This document shows, in pieces, positions 41,280 through 50,619 of a DNA stretch of 64,000 bases. This stretch comes from an uncultured Acidobacteriota bacterium (lineage in GTDB: Bacteria; Acidobacteriota; UBA6911), in the NCBI GenBank assembly GCA_963827655.1, contig CAWHCF010000029.1, forward strand, positions 96,001 through 160,000. The letters are read 5' to 3'. The notes under the pieces were generated by a model. That model made no database searches. It saw only the letters and a program-made list of their open reading frames with translations, and had not been told where the DNA came from. The position numbers were made by a program, and so were the translations under genes. How positions within the stretch are numbered: the first letter of the stretch is position 1; each line of letters opens with the position of its first letter.

Positions 41280-42350
41280 ATGCTTCGCATTGCGGTCATC
41301 CCGGGTGATGGGATTGGAGTCGATGTTACCCGCGAAGCGGTCAAGGTCTTGCAAACGGTCGCATCCTGTGCCGGGAAGCCCCTGACAATCGTCGAGTTTG
41401 ACTTTGGCGCGGAAAAGTTTCTGAGAGAAGGCGTTTCACTCCCGCACGATACGCTGGATCGCTTTCGGGCGGAGTTCGATGCGATTCTGCTGGGGGCGCT
41501 CGGCGACCCGCGCGTCCCGGATATGAAACACGCCGCCGATATTCTTTTCGGAATTCGCTTCGGCTTGGATTTGTATGCCAACATCCGCCCTGTCAAACTC
41601 CTCGACCGGCGCCTGACGCCGCTCAAGAATGCCGCCGAGGACGACATTAACTTCACAGTGTTTCGCGAGAACACAGAGGATCTTTATGTCGGCATCGGCG
41701 GTTTCTTCAAGAAAGGCACGCCCGATGAAGTTGCGGTTCAGGAGAGTATAACTACCCGGAAGGGAGTGGAACGAATCCTTGAATTTGCCTTCTCCTTTGC
41801 CGGACAGCGCGGGTTGACTAAGCTGACGATGTCCGACAAGAGCAATGCGTTGCGCTACGGCGGGGATCTCTGGCACCGCACATTTGCCGAGGTCGCGAAG
41901 CGGTATCCTCAAATTGAGGCGGAGCATCTGTATATCGATGCGCTGGCGATGGAGATGGTCAGAGAGCCATCGAGATTTCAAGTCATTGTTACAAACAACA
42001 TGTTTGGCGATATCATTACCGACCTTGCGGCACAGCTTCAGGGAGGGTTAGGTGTGGCCGCTTCCGGCAATGTCAATCCGGCAGGCGTTTGCATGTTCGA
42101 GCCGGTGCATGGTTCGGCTCCCAGGCTTGCCGGCAAGAACGTGGCCAACCCGATCGGGGCCATTCTTTCCGCTCAGATGATGTTGGAGCATCTGAGGTGG
42201 AGCGCCGAAGCGGCGTGGATCGAATCGGCTGTCCAAGCATCGGTAACAGCGGGCGAGTGTACGCGCGACCTGGGCGGAAGCCTTGGAACCGGCGAGGTGG
42301 GCGACGCTGTGTGCCGCCGCATCCGGAACATTGCCTCTTTGAGCGGATGA
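41280..42350 (+). CDS. leuB: 3-isopropylmalate dehydrogenase (beta-decarboxylating dehydrogenase family)
   Basis: IPGDGIG, RENTEDLY, NMFGDIITD, FEPVHGSAP; substrate not certain. Confidence 0.8.
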   Translation: MLRIAVIPGDGIGVDVTREAVKVLQTVASCAGKPLTIVEFDFGAEKFLREGVSLPHDTLDRFRAEFDAILLGALGDPRVPDMKHAADILFGIRFGLDLYANIRPVKLLDRRLTPLKNAAEDDINFTVFRENTEDLYVGIGGFFKKGTPDEVAVQESITTRKGVERILEFAFSFAGQRGLTKLTMSDKSNALRYGGDLWHRTFAEVAKRYPQIEAEHLYIDALAMEMVREPSRFQVIVTNNMFGDIITDLAAQLQGGLGVAASGNVNPAGVCMFEPVHGSAPRLAGKNVANPIGAILSAQMMLEHLRWSAEAAWIESAVQASVTAGECTRDLGGSLGTGEVGDAVCRRIRNIASLSG

Positions 42351-42354
42351 ACCG

Positions 42355-43098
42355 ATGTCGTTTGAAAATCGAATTGCCATTGTAACAGGGGGCTCGCGCG
42401 GAATAGGACGAGCCATAAGCCTTGAGCTGGCGCGCCGGGGCTGTGGAGTAGTTCTTGTTTATGCTCACAGCGTTCAGCAGGCAGGCTCCCTGGTTGCCGA
42501 GTTGTCCGCGCTCGGCCAAAAGGCTGCGGCCTACCAGGTGGACGTTTCGGACTTCGTCGCGGTCGAATCCATGGTCAAGCAAGTGCGAGAAGAATTCGGC
42601 CGCATCGACTACCTGGTCAACAATGCCGGAATAATCCGGGATAAGTTGATTCTGCGGATGAGCGAGGCGGACTGGGACGATGTTTTGGATACCAACCTTA
42701 AGGGCGCCTTCAACTTTTCCAAGGCCGTGGTGGGGGTCATGATAAAGGCACGCTTCGGGTCGATACTCAACATTACGTCGATCAGCGGCGTCGTCGGAAT
42801 GCCCGGGCAGGTAAACTACTCCGCCTCCAAAGCCGGAATGATCGGCTTTACCAAAGCGTTATCCAAAGAGGTCGCAAGTCGCAACATCACGGTAAATGCG
42901 CTCGCTCTCGGGTTCATCGGAACCGATATGACGGAATCTCTCCCCGAGGAGCATAGGAGCCGGATGAAGGAAATGATCCCGCTGCAGAGATTCGGGACCG
43001 TTGAGGAGGTCGCCGCTATCGCGGCTTTTCTACTCTCGGACGATGCGCGCTATATCACGGGACACGTGATGCAGGTCGACGGAGGGCTCGCTATGTAA
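42355..43098 (+). CDS. fabG: 3-oxoacyl-ACP reductase (SDR)
   Basis: TGGSRGIG, NNAGIIRD, NYSASKAG, VDGG. Confidence 0.9.
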   Translation: MSFENRIAIVTGGSRGIGRAISLELARRGCGVVLVYAHSVQQAGSLVAELSALGQKAAAYQVDVSDFVAVESMVKQVREEFGRIDYLVNNAGIIRDKLILRMSEADWDDVLDTNLKGAFNFSKAVVGVMIKARFGSILNITSISGVVGMPGQVNYSASKAGMIGFTKALSKEVASRNITVNALALGFIGTDMTESLPEEHRSRMKEMIPLQRFGTVEEVAAIAAFLLSDDARYITGHVMQVDGGLAM

Positions 43099-43111
43099 AA
43101 TAGTTGGCACT

Positions 43112-43840
43112 TTGAGCGAAAGACTTGTTAGATCTGGCGGAGCCCTTACGGCCTTGCGAGAGAAAAGCGATGCCAATTCCGATCTTTTGCCGGCTCTTCA
43201 ATCGGCCGGAGTGATGGAAGACGGTGGAGTACTGGTTTTGCTTGCGACCGTCCTGGGTTACGGTCGCGAGAGCGCAGCTTCTCATGCGGTTTCGCGCAGG
43301 CTGCTTCGCTACTTCGGTTCCGCGCCTGCAATGCTGCAGGCTTCTGTCGAAGAAATCTGCAAGAACGGAAAAGTTTCCACCAGGCAGTCCCTGACGCTCA
43401 AGGCGGCGCTGCTGCTCGGCCGTCAGATCTGCTCGTCTCCTCTCAAGCCGGGGCAACGGTTTTCCAACAGCCGTGAGCTGTTTGATCGCTACCGCAGCCA
43501 GTTCCTGACCGCTAATAAGGAATACTTTCTCTCTTTACACCTGAACTCCAAGAATCAATTGATACGGGAGGTGCTCGTCTCGGTCGGAAGTCTCAGCACT
43601 TCAGTTGTTCATCCGCGCGAGGTATTCTCGCCCGCGGTCCGCGACAGCACGGCCGCGCTTATTTTTCTGCACAACCACCCATCGGGTGATCCCACACCAA
43701 GCCTTGAAGATAGAGACTGCACCCAGCGGCTCTATCGCGCCGGCCAGATCCTGGGCATTCGTGTTCTCGACCATATTGTCCTTGGGCACGATGATTATTT
43801 CAGCTTTGCGGATTCCGGGCTGCTCAGCGAACGCGGCTAA
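43112..43840 (+). CDS. radC: RadC-family JAB domain protein
   Basis: VHPREVF, HNHPSGDPTPSLED, VLDHIV; N-terminus and start uncertain. Confidence 0.88.
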   Translation: MSERLVRSGGALTALREKSDANSDLLPALQSAGVMEDGGVLVLLATVLGYGRESAASHAVSRRLLRYFGSAPAMLQASVEEICKNGKVSTRQSLTLKAALLLGRQICSSPLKPGQRFSNSRELFDRYRSQFLTANKEYFLSLHLNSKNQLIREVLVSVGSLSTSVVHPREVFSPAVRDSTAALIFLHNHPSGDPTPSLEDRDCTQRLYRAGQILGIRVLDHIVLGHDDYFSFADSGLLSERG

Positions 43841-43878
43841 GCGATGCGTCTTACAGAACTGAATAGTCCTCCTTAAAA

Positions 43879-43908
43879 CGTTTCCGTTCCCGTTTCCGTT
43901 CCCGTTTT
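43879..43908 (+). repeat. Hexamer array (CGTTYC)x5
   Basis: cgtttc cgttcc cgtttc cgttcc cgtttt. Confidence 0.85.
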
Positions 43909-43927
43909 CGGGCGGTGTCCTATCGCA

Positions 43928-44283
43928 ATGCCGTTTGATCACGAGCGTCTCGATGTCTACCAGGTGGCGCTGGATTTCCTGACGCTGGCCGATAAAGTCA
44001 GTGAGCACCTGCCACGCGGGCGCAGCCACCTCGTGGACCAGCTGACTAGGGCATCCACCTCTATTGTGCTCAATATCGCCGAAGGTAATAGCAAGTTCTT
44101 CGGCCAGACAAGCGCCGCTATTATCTCAGCGCCAGTGGGTCAGCAACCGAGTCCGCAGCCATACTTGACATCTGCTTGCGCCTCAAGCTTATCGACGCGC
44201 ACCAGCATGAGGCGGGCAAGGCGATGCTCGAACGCATCGTGTCGATGCTGATTAAGCTTGCCACGCGCCTCGACGTCGATTGA
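43928..44283 (+). CDS. Four-helix-bundle protein (23S rRNA IVS/bAvd-like), 1-nt frameshift near 44100
   Basis: FDHERLDVYQ...DQLTRASTSIVLNIAEG; the alternative frame continues RPDKRRYYLSASGSATESAAILD...LERIVSMLIKL to TGA 44281-83. Confidence 0.85.
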
Positions 44284-44286
44284 TCG

Positions 44287-44316
44287 GGAACGTGGATGGG
44301 AACGGGAACGTGGACG
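44287..44316 (-). repeat. Hexamer array inverted relative to 43879-43908
   Basis: ggaacg tggatg ggaacg ggaacg tggacg. Confidence 0.8.
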
Positions 44317-44373
44317 TCCAAATTCGGTTAAGCGAAGAAGGCGAAGCCCCGCGAAGATGCGAAGACGCCGGGG

Positions 44374-44402
44374 TTGATTGACCCTGTGGTTGCTGCTAGA
44401 AT
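44374..44402 (+). promoter_or_regulatory. Sigma70 promoter
   Basis: TTGATT-17bp-TAGAAT with extended TG. Confidence 0.5.
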
Positions 44403-44448
44403 GCCGGTTTTCGCAAGACTCAAGATTCTCCCAGACCAGCAAAGCTCC

Positions 44449-45423
44449 GTGAAAATCAAGCGCCTGAAGGACCCTTCCGACACATTCGACATTCCCTTTC
44501 CGGAAGGGAAGGCTTTCGACGTGGTAGGTTTCGGGCTCAACGCGGTAGACCATCTGTGCGTAGTGCCCCACTATCCCCGGTTTGACACCAAGACTGAAAT
44601 CTTGCACTACTACAAGCTCGCGGGAGGACAGGCTGCCACTACGGTGACCTTCGTATCGCGGATGGGGCTCAAGGGCAAATACATTGGCAAGGTTGGATCC
44701 GACGATATCGGAGAATTCTCGCTGCGCAGCCTCAGATCCGAAAACATCGATACGTCTTCCGTCCTGGTCCAGAAAGGGGCCCGAAACCAGTACGCCTTTA
44801 TTATCATCGACAAGAACAGCGGGGAACGGACGATCTTGTGGGAGAGGGACCGCCGCCTGAGTTTCAGGGACGCCGAGCTGCGACGGGAGGACATTTGCGC
44901 CGGGCGCGTCCTTCATCTCGATGGACACGATCATGCGGCGGCGATCCGGGCCGCCACCTGGGCTCAGGAGGAAGGAATTCCCGTCGTGATCGACCTCGAC
45001 AAGGTTGTGCCACGCAGCAAAGAGCTGATCGGCAAAGTCGATTTTCTAATCACAAGTTCCAATTTCCCGCCGGACCTTACCGGAATTGCCGACCCCATCG
45101 AATCCTTGCTCGCTCTGCGACAGTATTGTGACGGATTTCTGGCGGTGACGCTTGGGGCGCAAGGCGCGATGGCGGTGGTTGGCGATCAATGCGTTCGATT
45201 CCCGGCGTTCAAGGTGCACGCAGTCGACACCACAGGCGCAGGGGATATCTTTCATGGCGGCTTTATCTACGCTCTCTTACAGAATTGGTCACTCGATCAG
45301 TGTATGTCCTTCGCCAACGCCGCGGCAGGACTGAACTGCACACAGCTGGGCGCTCGGGCGGGCATTCCTCCTCTTTCAGAAATTCTTCAACTTGCGAACT
45401 CCGGCAGTTATCGTCATCCCTGA
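44449..45423 (+). CDS. PfkB-family carbohydrate kinase
   Basis: GGQAAT, GKVGSDDIG, VTLGAQG, VDTTGAGDIFHGG. Confidence 0.93.
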   Translation: MKIKRLKDPSDTFDIPFPEGKAFDVVGFGLNAVDHLCVVPHYPRFDTKTEILHYYKLAGGQAATTVTFVSRMGLKGKYIGKVGSDDIGEFSLRSLRSENIDTSSVLVQKGARNQYAFIIIDKNSGERTILWERDRRLSFRDAELRREDICAGRVLHLDGHDHAAAIRAATWAQEEGIPVVIDLDKVVPRSKELIGKVDFLITSSNFPPDLTGIADPIESLLALRQYCDGFLAVTLGAQGAMAVVGDQCVRFPAFKVHAVDTTGAGDIFHGGFIYALLQNWSLDQCMSFANAAAGLNCTQLGARAGIPPLSEILQLANSGSYRHP

Positions 45424-45530
45424 CGTGGTAAACTCTGCGTCCTGGTGTTTCGTGGGGGCGCGCCGGGCCGGCAGAGTCCCAGTAACTTAATGTTCGTATT
45501 CATGAATACGGTGACGGATTTGCGACAGGG

Positions 45531-45738
45531 TTTGGAGTGCGCAAGCTTGCTAAGCTTGCTTGTGCCTTTTTTCGCGAAGCTTGCTGCGCGCAATTCGGAA
45601 AGCCCATGTTCACCTCGACGGTCATACCGAATCAACCAGATCCATTCAACTCAATGACGAGAATCCTATGAATGCCGCGACCGTCCGGCGAAGCAAGCTT
45701 CGCCAAACCAGGGCGGCAGCAGGCTGCCGCACTCCCCA
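45531..45738. repeat. REP-doublet / REPIN-like element
   Basis: Left TTTGGAGTGCGCAAGCTTGC...TTGTGCC and right GGCGGCAGCAGGCTGCCGCACTCC in inverted orientation; internal AAGCTTGC palindromes. Confidence 0.65.
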
Positions 45739-45748
45739 ATATGGGCGA

Positions 45749-46894
45749 ATGGTCGACAGAGCCGATTTCGGTGTCTACATTCACATTCCGTTTTGCCGGA
45801 CGAAATGCACTTACTGCAGTTTTGTCATCAGACCCTGGCAACAGGAGACTGCCGACCGATATTGCTGCGCCCTCGTTCAAGAGCTCGAACATTTTTTTGC
45901 AGCCGACCGCTCCTGGGGAACGGCCGATACGATTTACTTCGGCGGAGGCACTCCCAGTCTCGTTCCAGAAAGCGATATAGCCCGGATTCTGGCGACCTGT
46001 CGCCGCTTGTTTGACGTCGCACCGGATTGCGAGATCTCACTCGAGGCTAATCCGGAAACTGTGACCGAGTCTAAAATTGATGCTTACCGTGAATTGGGAG
46101 TCAATCGGATCTCGATCGGCGCCCAGACATTTGAGGACGGGGAGCTGGCCCGGCTCGGTCGCTCTCACACGTCGCAGGATATCGCCCGATCGCTGATTCT
46201 CGCCCGTGAGCGTGGTCTGGAGAATCTCAACCTGGATTTGCTGCTCGGACTTCCCGGCCAAACACCGCGACACTGGACGCGCAATTTGCAGCAATTGTCC
46301 AAGCTGGCGCCGCCTCACGTATCCCTTTACATGCTGGACCTGGATCCCAAAGTTCCTTTGTACCATTCGGTCGCGCGGGGAGTATCGCACCTGCCGGACG
46401 ACGATCTGGTTTGCGATGGGTACCTGCGGGCCCTGCGCGAACTTGCTGACTGCGGCTATGAGCAGTACGAGATCAGCAACTTCGCTTTTCCTGGTTTTCG
46501 GTGCCGACATAACCTGAAATACTGGCTGCGGCAGCCGGTTCTGGGCTTCGGCCTTGGAAGCCATTCGTTTGACGGTCGAAGCCGGTATGCCAACGTTTCC
46601 GTCCTTCCTCGTTACTTTGGCGCGGTCGAGAGTGGAAATAGTCCCGTGGAGTGGCTGCGGCCGGTGGACGACGGGGAGGATTTGCAGGAAACCCTCTTCC
46701 TGGGTTTGCGTCTGCGCCAGGGGCTGAATTGGGATCAGGTTGAATCCAGATTTGGACGCAGCCGCATCGCGAAATACGAAGCCGCGCTGAAGACCAGGTC
46801 GGACGAAGGGCTGGTCGAATGGCAAGACCCTTGGATCCGGCTTACTCCACGTGGAATGTTATTGTCCAATGAGATATTCCAGGAGTTTATTTAA
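45749..46894 (+). CDS. hemW: Radical SAM heme chaperone HemW (HemN-like)
   Basis: YIHIPFCRTKCTYCSF, YFGGGTPS, YEISNF, HNLKYW. Confidence 0.93.
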   Translation: MVDRADFGVYIHIPFCRTKCTYCSFVIRPWQQETADRYCCALVQELEHFFAADRSWGTADTIYFGGGTPSLVPESDIARILATCRRLFDVAPDCEISLEANPETVTESKIDAYRELGVNRISIGAQTFEDGELARLGRSHTSQDIARSLILARERGLENLNLDLLLGLPGQTPRHWTRNLQQLSKLAPPHVSLYMLDLDPKVPLYHSVARGVSHLPDDDLVCDGYLRALRELADCGYEQYEISNFAFPGFRCRHNLKYWLRQPVLGFGLGSHSFDGRSRYANVSVLPRYFGAVESGNSPVEWLRPVDDGEDLQETLFLGLRLRQGLNWDQVESRFGRSRIAKYEAALKTRSDEGLVEWQDPWIRLTPRGMLLSNEIFQEFI

Positions 46895-46992
46895 AGTTAG
46901 ACTTTAATTAGAAGCCAGGGTGGCTCTGAGGGCTAGGTCGCGAAGAATTTCCGCCTTGGAATGAAACGAAGTTTGGTTATTTTTGCGGAGCT

Positions 46993-48072
46993 ATGATGAT
47001 GCGCGTCGAGACGTCCCCAATTGATCTGAGAAGCGATACCGTCACCAAACCGACGCCCGAAATGCGGGCCGCGATGGCGGCCGCGGAGGTTGGGGATGAC
47101 GTCTATCTCGAAGATCCAACCGTGAACCGATTGCAGAAACGCGCCGCAGAAATCTTTCAGAAAGAAGCGGCGCTCTTCGTCCCTTCAGGTTCCATGGGGA
47201 ACCAGATTGCCGTTCGCCTGCACACGAGTCCGGGACAGGAAATGATCACCGAGGAACGGGGTCATATCTATAACTATGAAATGGCCGCGATGTCGGCCAT
47301 CAGCGGCGTTCTGGCCCGCCCGATCCATGCTGAAGACGGCATCCTGCGCTGGGACCTGGTGAGTCCCGCGATTCGCCCCAGAGTCTATTACCGGGCTCAG
47401 ACCGGCCTGATCGCCCTCGAGAACACGCATAACATGGCCGGCGGAACCGTCTACACTCCACGCCAGGTGGAGGAGATATGCGCAAAGGCGCATGAGGCAG
47501 GGCTTCCCGTCCATATGGATGGCGCGCGCATCTTCAACGCCGCCGTCGCGCTGGATACGGATGTCGCCAGCCTCACCCGTCCCTGCGATTCAGTCATGTT
47601 TTGCCTCTCGAAAGGACTGGCCGCGCCGGTTGGCTCGATGCTTCTTGGGTCGCGAGAGTTCATCGATCGAGCGCGCAGCCTGCGCAAGATGCTGGGAGGA
47701 GGAATGCGGCAGGCAGGCATTCTAGCTGCGGCCGGATTGATCGCCCTCGAGAAAATGCCTGCGCGACTCTCTGAAGACCACGCGAATGCGCGCTTGCTGG
47801 CCGAACTGCTCGAGGACATACCGGGACTGAGCTTGAGTTCGTCCAGGGTGCGCACGAATATCCTCGTGGTTCGCATTGAGGGCGCCGAACTGGACAGCGC
47901 GAAGCTGGCCCTTCTCCTGCAAAAGAACGGCGTTCTGGTGGGCACGATAGATCCGCGCACAATCCGCCTTCTGACTCATCTGGACGTCTCTCGCGACCAG
48001 ATTCAGCGAGCGGCGCAGATCTTTCGAGAAGTGCTCGAGACACTTACCCAAACAAGCGTCCTCGCGCCTTAG
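46993..48072 (+). CDS. ltaE: Low-specificity L-threonine aldolase
   Basis: DLRSDTVT, GDDVYLEDPT, ENTHN, HMDGARIFNA, CLSKGL. Confidence 0.95.
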   Translation: MMMRVETSPIDLRSDTVTKPTPEMRAAMAAAEVGDDVYLEDPTVNRLQKRAAEIFQKEAALFVPSGSMGNQIAVRLHTSPGQEMITEERGHIYNYEMAAMSAISGVLARPIHAEDGILRWDLVSPAIRPRVYYRAQTGLIALENTHNMAGGTVYTPRQVEEICAKAHEAGLPVHMDGARIFNAAVALDTDVASLTRPCDSVMFCLSKGLAAPVGSMLLGSREFIDRARSLRKMLGGGMRQAGILAAAGLIALEKMPARLSEDHANARLLAELLEDIPGLSLSSSRVRTNILVVRIEGAELDSAKLALLLQKNGVLVGTIDPRTIRLLTHLDVSRDQIQRAAQIFREVLETLTQTSVLAP

Positions 48073-48209
48073 GGTTCGCGCAGAAATAAGTTCGCATTCT
48101 GCTGCAGCCCGAAGGGGCGCGATCCGTCGCGTGCTTAGCTAAAAGAAACCGGTTTATGATTGACCACCGACTCGCGCGCCAGAATGTGAAGTTATTTCTG
48201 CGCGAGCCC
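48072..48209 (+). mobile_element. MITE copy 3 (138 bp, internally deleted)
   Basis: Both TIRs intact; TTA duplication at 48069-71 and 48210-12; about 95 bp missing between two GCAG motifs. Confidence 0.88.
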
Positions 48210-48261
48210 TTAATCCGGCGTGACACAATCAACCACCAGGACGAAAGGACGCGAAGAGTCC

Positions 48262-49257
48262 ATGCCTGATTCTCCTAAGACCGAGACGGCAGCGGATCCC
48301 GTGATGGTAAAGGCCGTCCTGGCGGGCGACTTCCGGGCCGTGGCTCGATTGATCAGCTGGGTGGAAGATGGAGTTCCGGATGCCGATCACTATCTACGGG
48401 AGTTGTTTCACCACACGGGCCACTCTTTCATTGTCGGAATTACAGGCGCAGCGGGTTCCGGCAAGAGCACGCTGGCAGACTGTCTTTCACTCTATTATCG
48501 CGCGGATGAGAGAAAACTGGGGATTGTCGCAGTCGATCCTACCAGCCCCTATACAGGCGGGGCCGTTCTGGGTGATAGAATCCGCATGCAGTCGCGCAGC
48601 CTCGATCCAGGCACGTTTGTTCGCAGCATGGCTACACGCGGACACCTGGGGGGCCTGGCCCGCGCCACGTCGGAGGTCTTGCTCGTCCTGGATGCCGCCG
48701 GGTTCGACACAGTCCTGGTCGAGACCGTCGGGGTCGGTCAAGATGAGGTGGACATTGTGCGGACTGCGCACGTCACAGTCGTCCTGCTGGTTCCGGGCAT
48801 GGGCGACGACGTGCAGGCCATGAAAGCAGGCATCATGGAGATCGGTGATGTCTTCGTCATTAACAAGGCGGACCACCCGGGCGTGGAACGCATCGAAGCC
48901 GAGCTGCACAGCCACCTTCACTTCTCGAGGAGGAAAGATGGCTGGCAACCCCGTGTCGTCAAGACTGTGGCCTCCGAGGGCCGGGGAATCGAAGAATGTT
49001 TCCAGGAAATCGAGTCTTGCCGGGAGTTTCTCCGGAGCTCCGGAGCTTACGCCGAGCGCGCCGCAGCGATTCAGCGCGAACGCCTGCTGGAAATGGCGCG
49101 CTCCCGGGTCCTGGAAGCAATTCTGGGCAACGAGAGTCACGTCGACAAACTGGACGAATTGGCTCGCAGGGTTGCGGCGCGCGAAATCGACCCCTATTCT
49201 GCGGCAGAACATCTGCTGCGAGATGCCGGCATCCATGTGCCGCGAGGACAGGAGTGA
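48262..49257 (+). CDS. meaB: Methylmalonyl-CoA mutase-associated GTPase MeaB
   Basis: GAAGSGKST, VDPTSPYTGGAVLGDRIRM, ETVGVGQ, NKAD. Confidence 0.95.
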   Translation: MPDSPKTETAADPVMVKAVLAGDFRAVARLISWVEDGVPDADHYLRELFHHTGHSFIVGITGAAGSGKSTLADCLSLYYRADERKLGIVAVDPTSPYTGGAVLGDRIRMQSRSLDPGTFVRSMATRGHLGGLARATSEVLLVLDAAGFDTVLVETVGVGQDEVDIVRTAHVTVVLLVPGMGDDVQAMKAGIMEIGDVFVINKADHPGVERIEAELHSHLHFSRRKDGWQPRVVKTVASEGRGIEECFQEIESCREFLRSSGAYAERAAAIQRERLLEMARSRVLEAILGNESHVDKLDELARRVAAREIDPYSAAEHLLRDAGIHVPRGQE

Positions 49258-49260
49258 CTA

Positions 49261-49683
49261 TTGTACCGAAAGATTGATCATGTCGGCATAGCGGTTCGCT
49301 CAATCGAGGAAGCTCTCAGAGTTTATAGTGGCCTGGGTTTTCAAGTCGACCATATCGAGGAGGTTGGCGAGCAGAAGACTCGGGTCGCAATGCTCCCCAT
49401 TGGCGAGAGCCGCCTGGAGTTGCTGGAGTCGACCGAACCGGATTCCCCCATCGCCCGATTCATCTCCAAGCGGGGAGAAGGGCTCCACCACATCACCTTC
49501 CAGGTGGACGACATCTCCGAAGAGCTGATCAGACTGAGAGCTGCGGGGATTCGACTGATCGACGAGGTTCCAAGGACCGGCGCCGATCAGTGTCTCGTTG
49601 CCTTCATTCACCCGTCCAGTACCGGCGGAGTACTGGTGGAATTATCGCAACCGAGGAGCGCAACCTCTCGAATTGACGACTGA
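49261..49683 (+). CDS. mce: Methylmalonyl-CoA epimerase
   Basis: IDHVGIAV, ELLE, GEGLHHI, FIHPSSTGGVLVEL. Confidence 0.93.
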   Translation: MYRKIDHVGIAVRSIEEALRVYSGLGFQVDHIEEVGEQKTRVAMLPIGESRLELLESTEPDSPIARFISKRGEGLHHITFQVDDISEELIRLRAAGIRLIDEVPRTGADQCLVAFIHPSSTGGVLVELSQPRSATSRIDD

Positions 49684-49730
49684 CGCCGTTGCTTTCCAAT
49701 CGTCAATCGTCAAATCGTCAATCGTAAATC
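49672..49730. repeat. Heptamer (AATCGTC)n array with a short inverted partner
   Basis: aatcgtc x3 + aatcgta at 49698-49726; attgacgactgacg at 49672-85. Confidence 0.75.
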
Positions 49731-49742
49731 GAGTGGAGGGCT

Positions 49743-50606
49743 ATGGAACAGGTCAAGATCGGCGTTATCGGCGGGAGCGGCCTGTACGATATGGCGGAGC
49801 TTACCGATCGGAACGAAGTCCTGATCGAAACACCTTTTGGTTCCCCTTCCGACTCTTTTGTGGTCGGAACTCTGGAAGGCAGGCGTGTTGCGTTCCTGGC
49901 GCGCCACGGCAGGGGACATCGGATTCTCCCGTCGGAACTTAACTTCAGGGCCAATATTTATGGGTTCAAAATGCTGGGGGCGGAGCGAATCCTTTCCGCC
50001 AGCGCCGTCGGGTCGCTCAAAGAGGAACTTGCTCCGCTCGATACCGTCCTGCCCGACCAATTCCTCGATCGTACTCAGGGGCGTGTCTCGACGTTCTTTG
50101 GCAGCGGCCTTGCCGCCCATATCGCTTTTGCGGATCCGGTTTGCCCGCAGTTGCTGGAACATGTCTATAAGACCGGGACCGCTGCCGGCGCTCGGATGGT
50201 CAAAGGAGGGACTTACGTTTGCATGGAAGGTCCGGCGTTTTCTACCCGGGCAGAATCTCACTTGTATCGCAGCTGGGGAATGGATGTCATCGGGATGACG
50301 AATCTCCAGGAGGCCAAGCTGGCCAGGGAAGCAGAGATCTGTTATGTGACCATTGCGCTGGTGACGGACTATGACTGCTGGCACGAGTCGCACGAATCCG
50401 TGAGCGTCGAAATGATCGTGACAAATCTGCAACAAAACAGCCGGAATGCTCAGTTAATTATTCGGCAGGCCGTAAAGAATCTTCCTCAAAACCGAACCTG
50501 CCTTTGTGCGGAAGCGCTGAAATTTGCCTTGATCACCGACCGGGCCCTGATTCCTGCCGATGCCAGGGACCGGCTTCAGCATATTGTGGGCAAGTATCTC
50601 GTATAG
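49743..50606 (+). CDS. mtnP: S-methyl-5'-thioadenosine phosphorylase
   Basis: IGGSGLY, ARHG, EGPAFSTRAES, GMTNLQEAKLAREAE, TDYDCW. Confidence 0.96.
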   Translation: MEQVKIGVIGGSGLYDMAELTDRNEVLIETPFGSPSDSFVVGTLEGRRVAFLARHGRGHRILPSELNFRANIYGFKMLGAERILSASAVGSLKEELAPLDTVLPDQFLDRTQGRVSTFFGSGLAAHIAFADPVCPQLLEHVYKTGTAAGARMVKGGTYVCMEGPAFSTRAESHLYRSWGMDVIGMTNLQEAKLAREAEICYVTIALVTDYDCWHESHESVSVEMIVTNLQQNSRNAQLIIRQAVKNLPQNRTCLCAEALKFALITDRALIPADARDRLQHIVGKYLV

Positions 50607-50619
50607 GAAGGGGATTTCG

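Noticed and set aside
43112-44283. radC plus Avd-like gene as a prophage, ICE or diversity-generating retroelement
   Set aside because: No integrase, reverse transcriptase or TR/VR repeat pair in the window; the neighbours are housekeeping genes
16981-48209. Repeats considered as a CRISPR array
   Set aside because: Dispersed, no repeat-spacer periodicity and no cas genes
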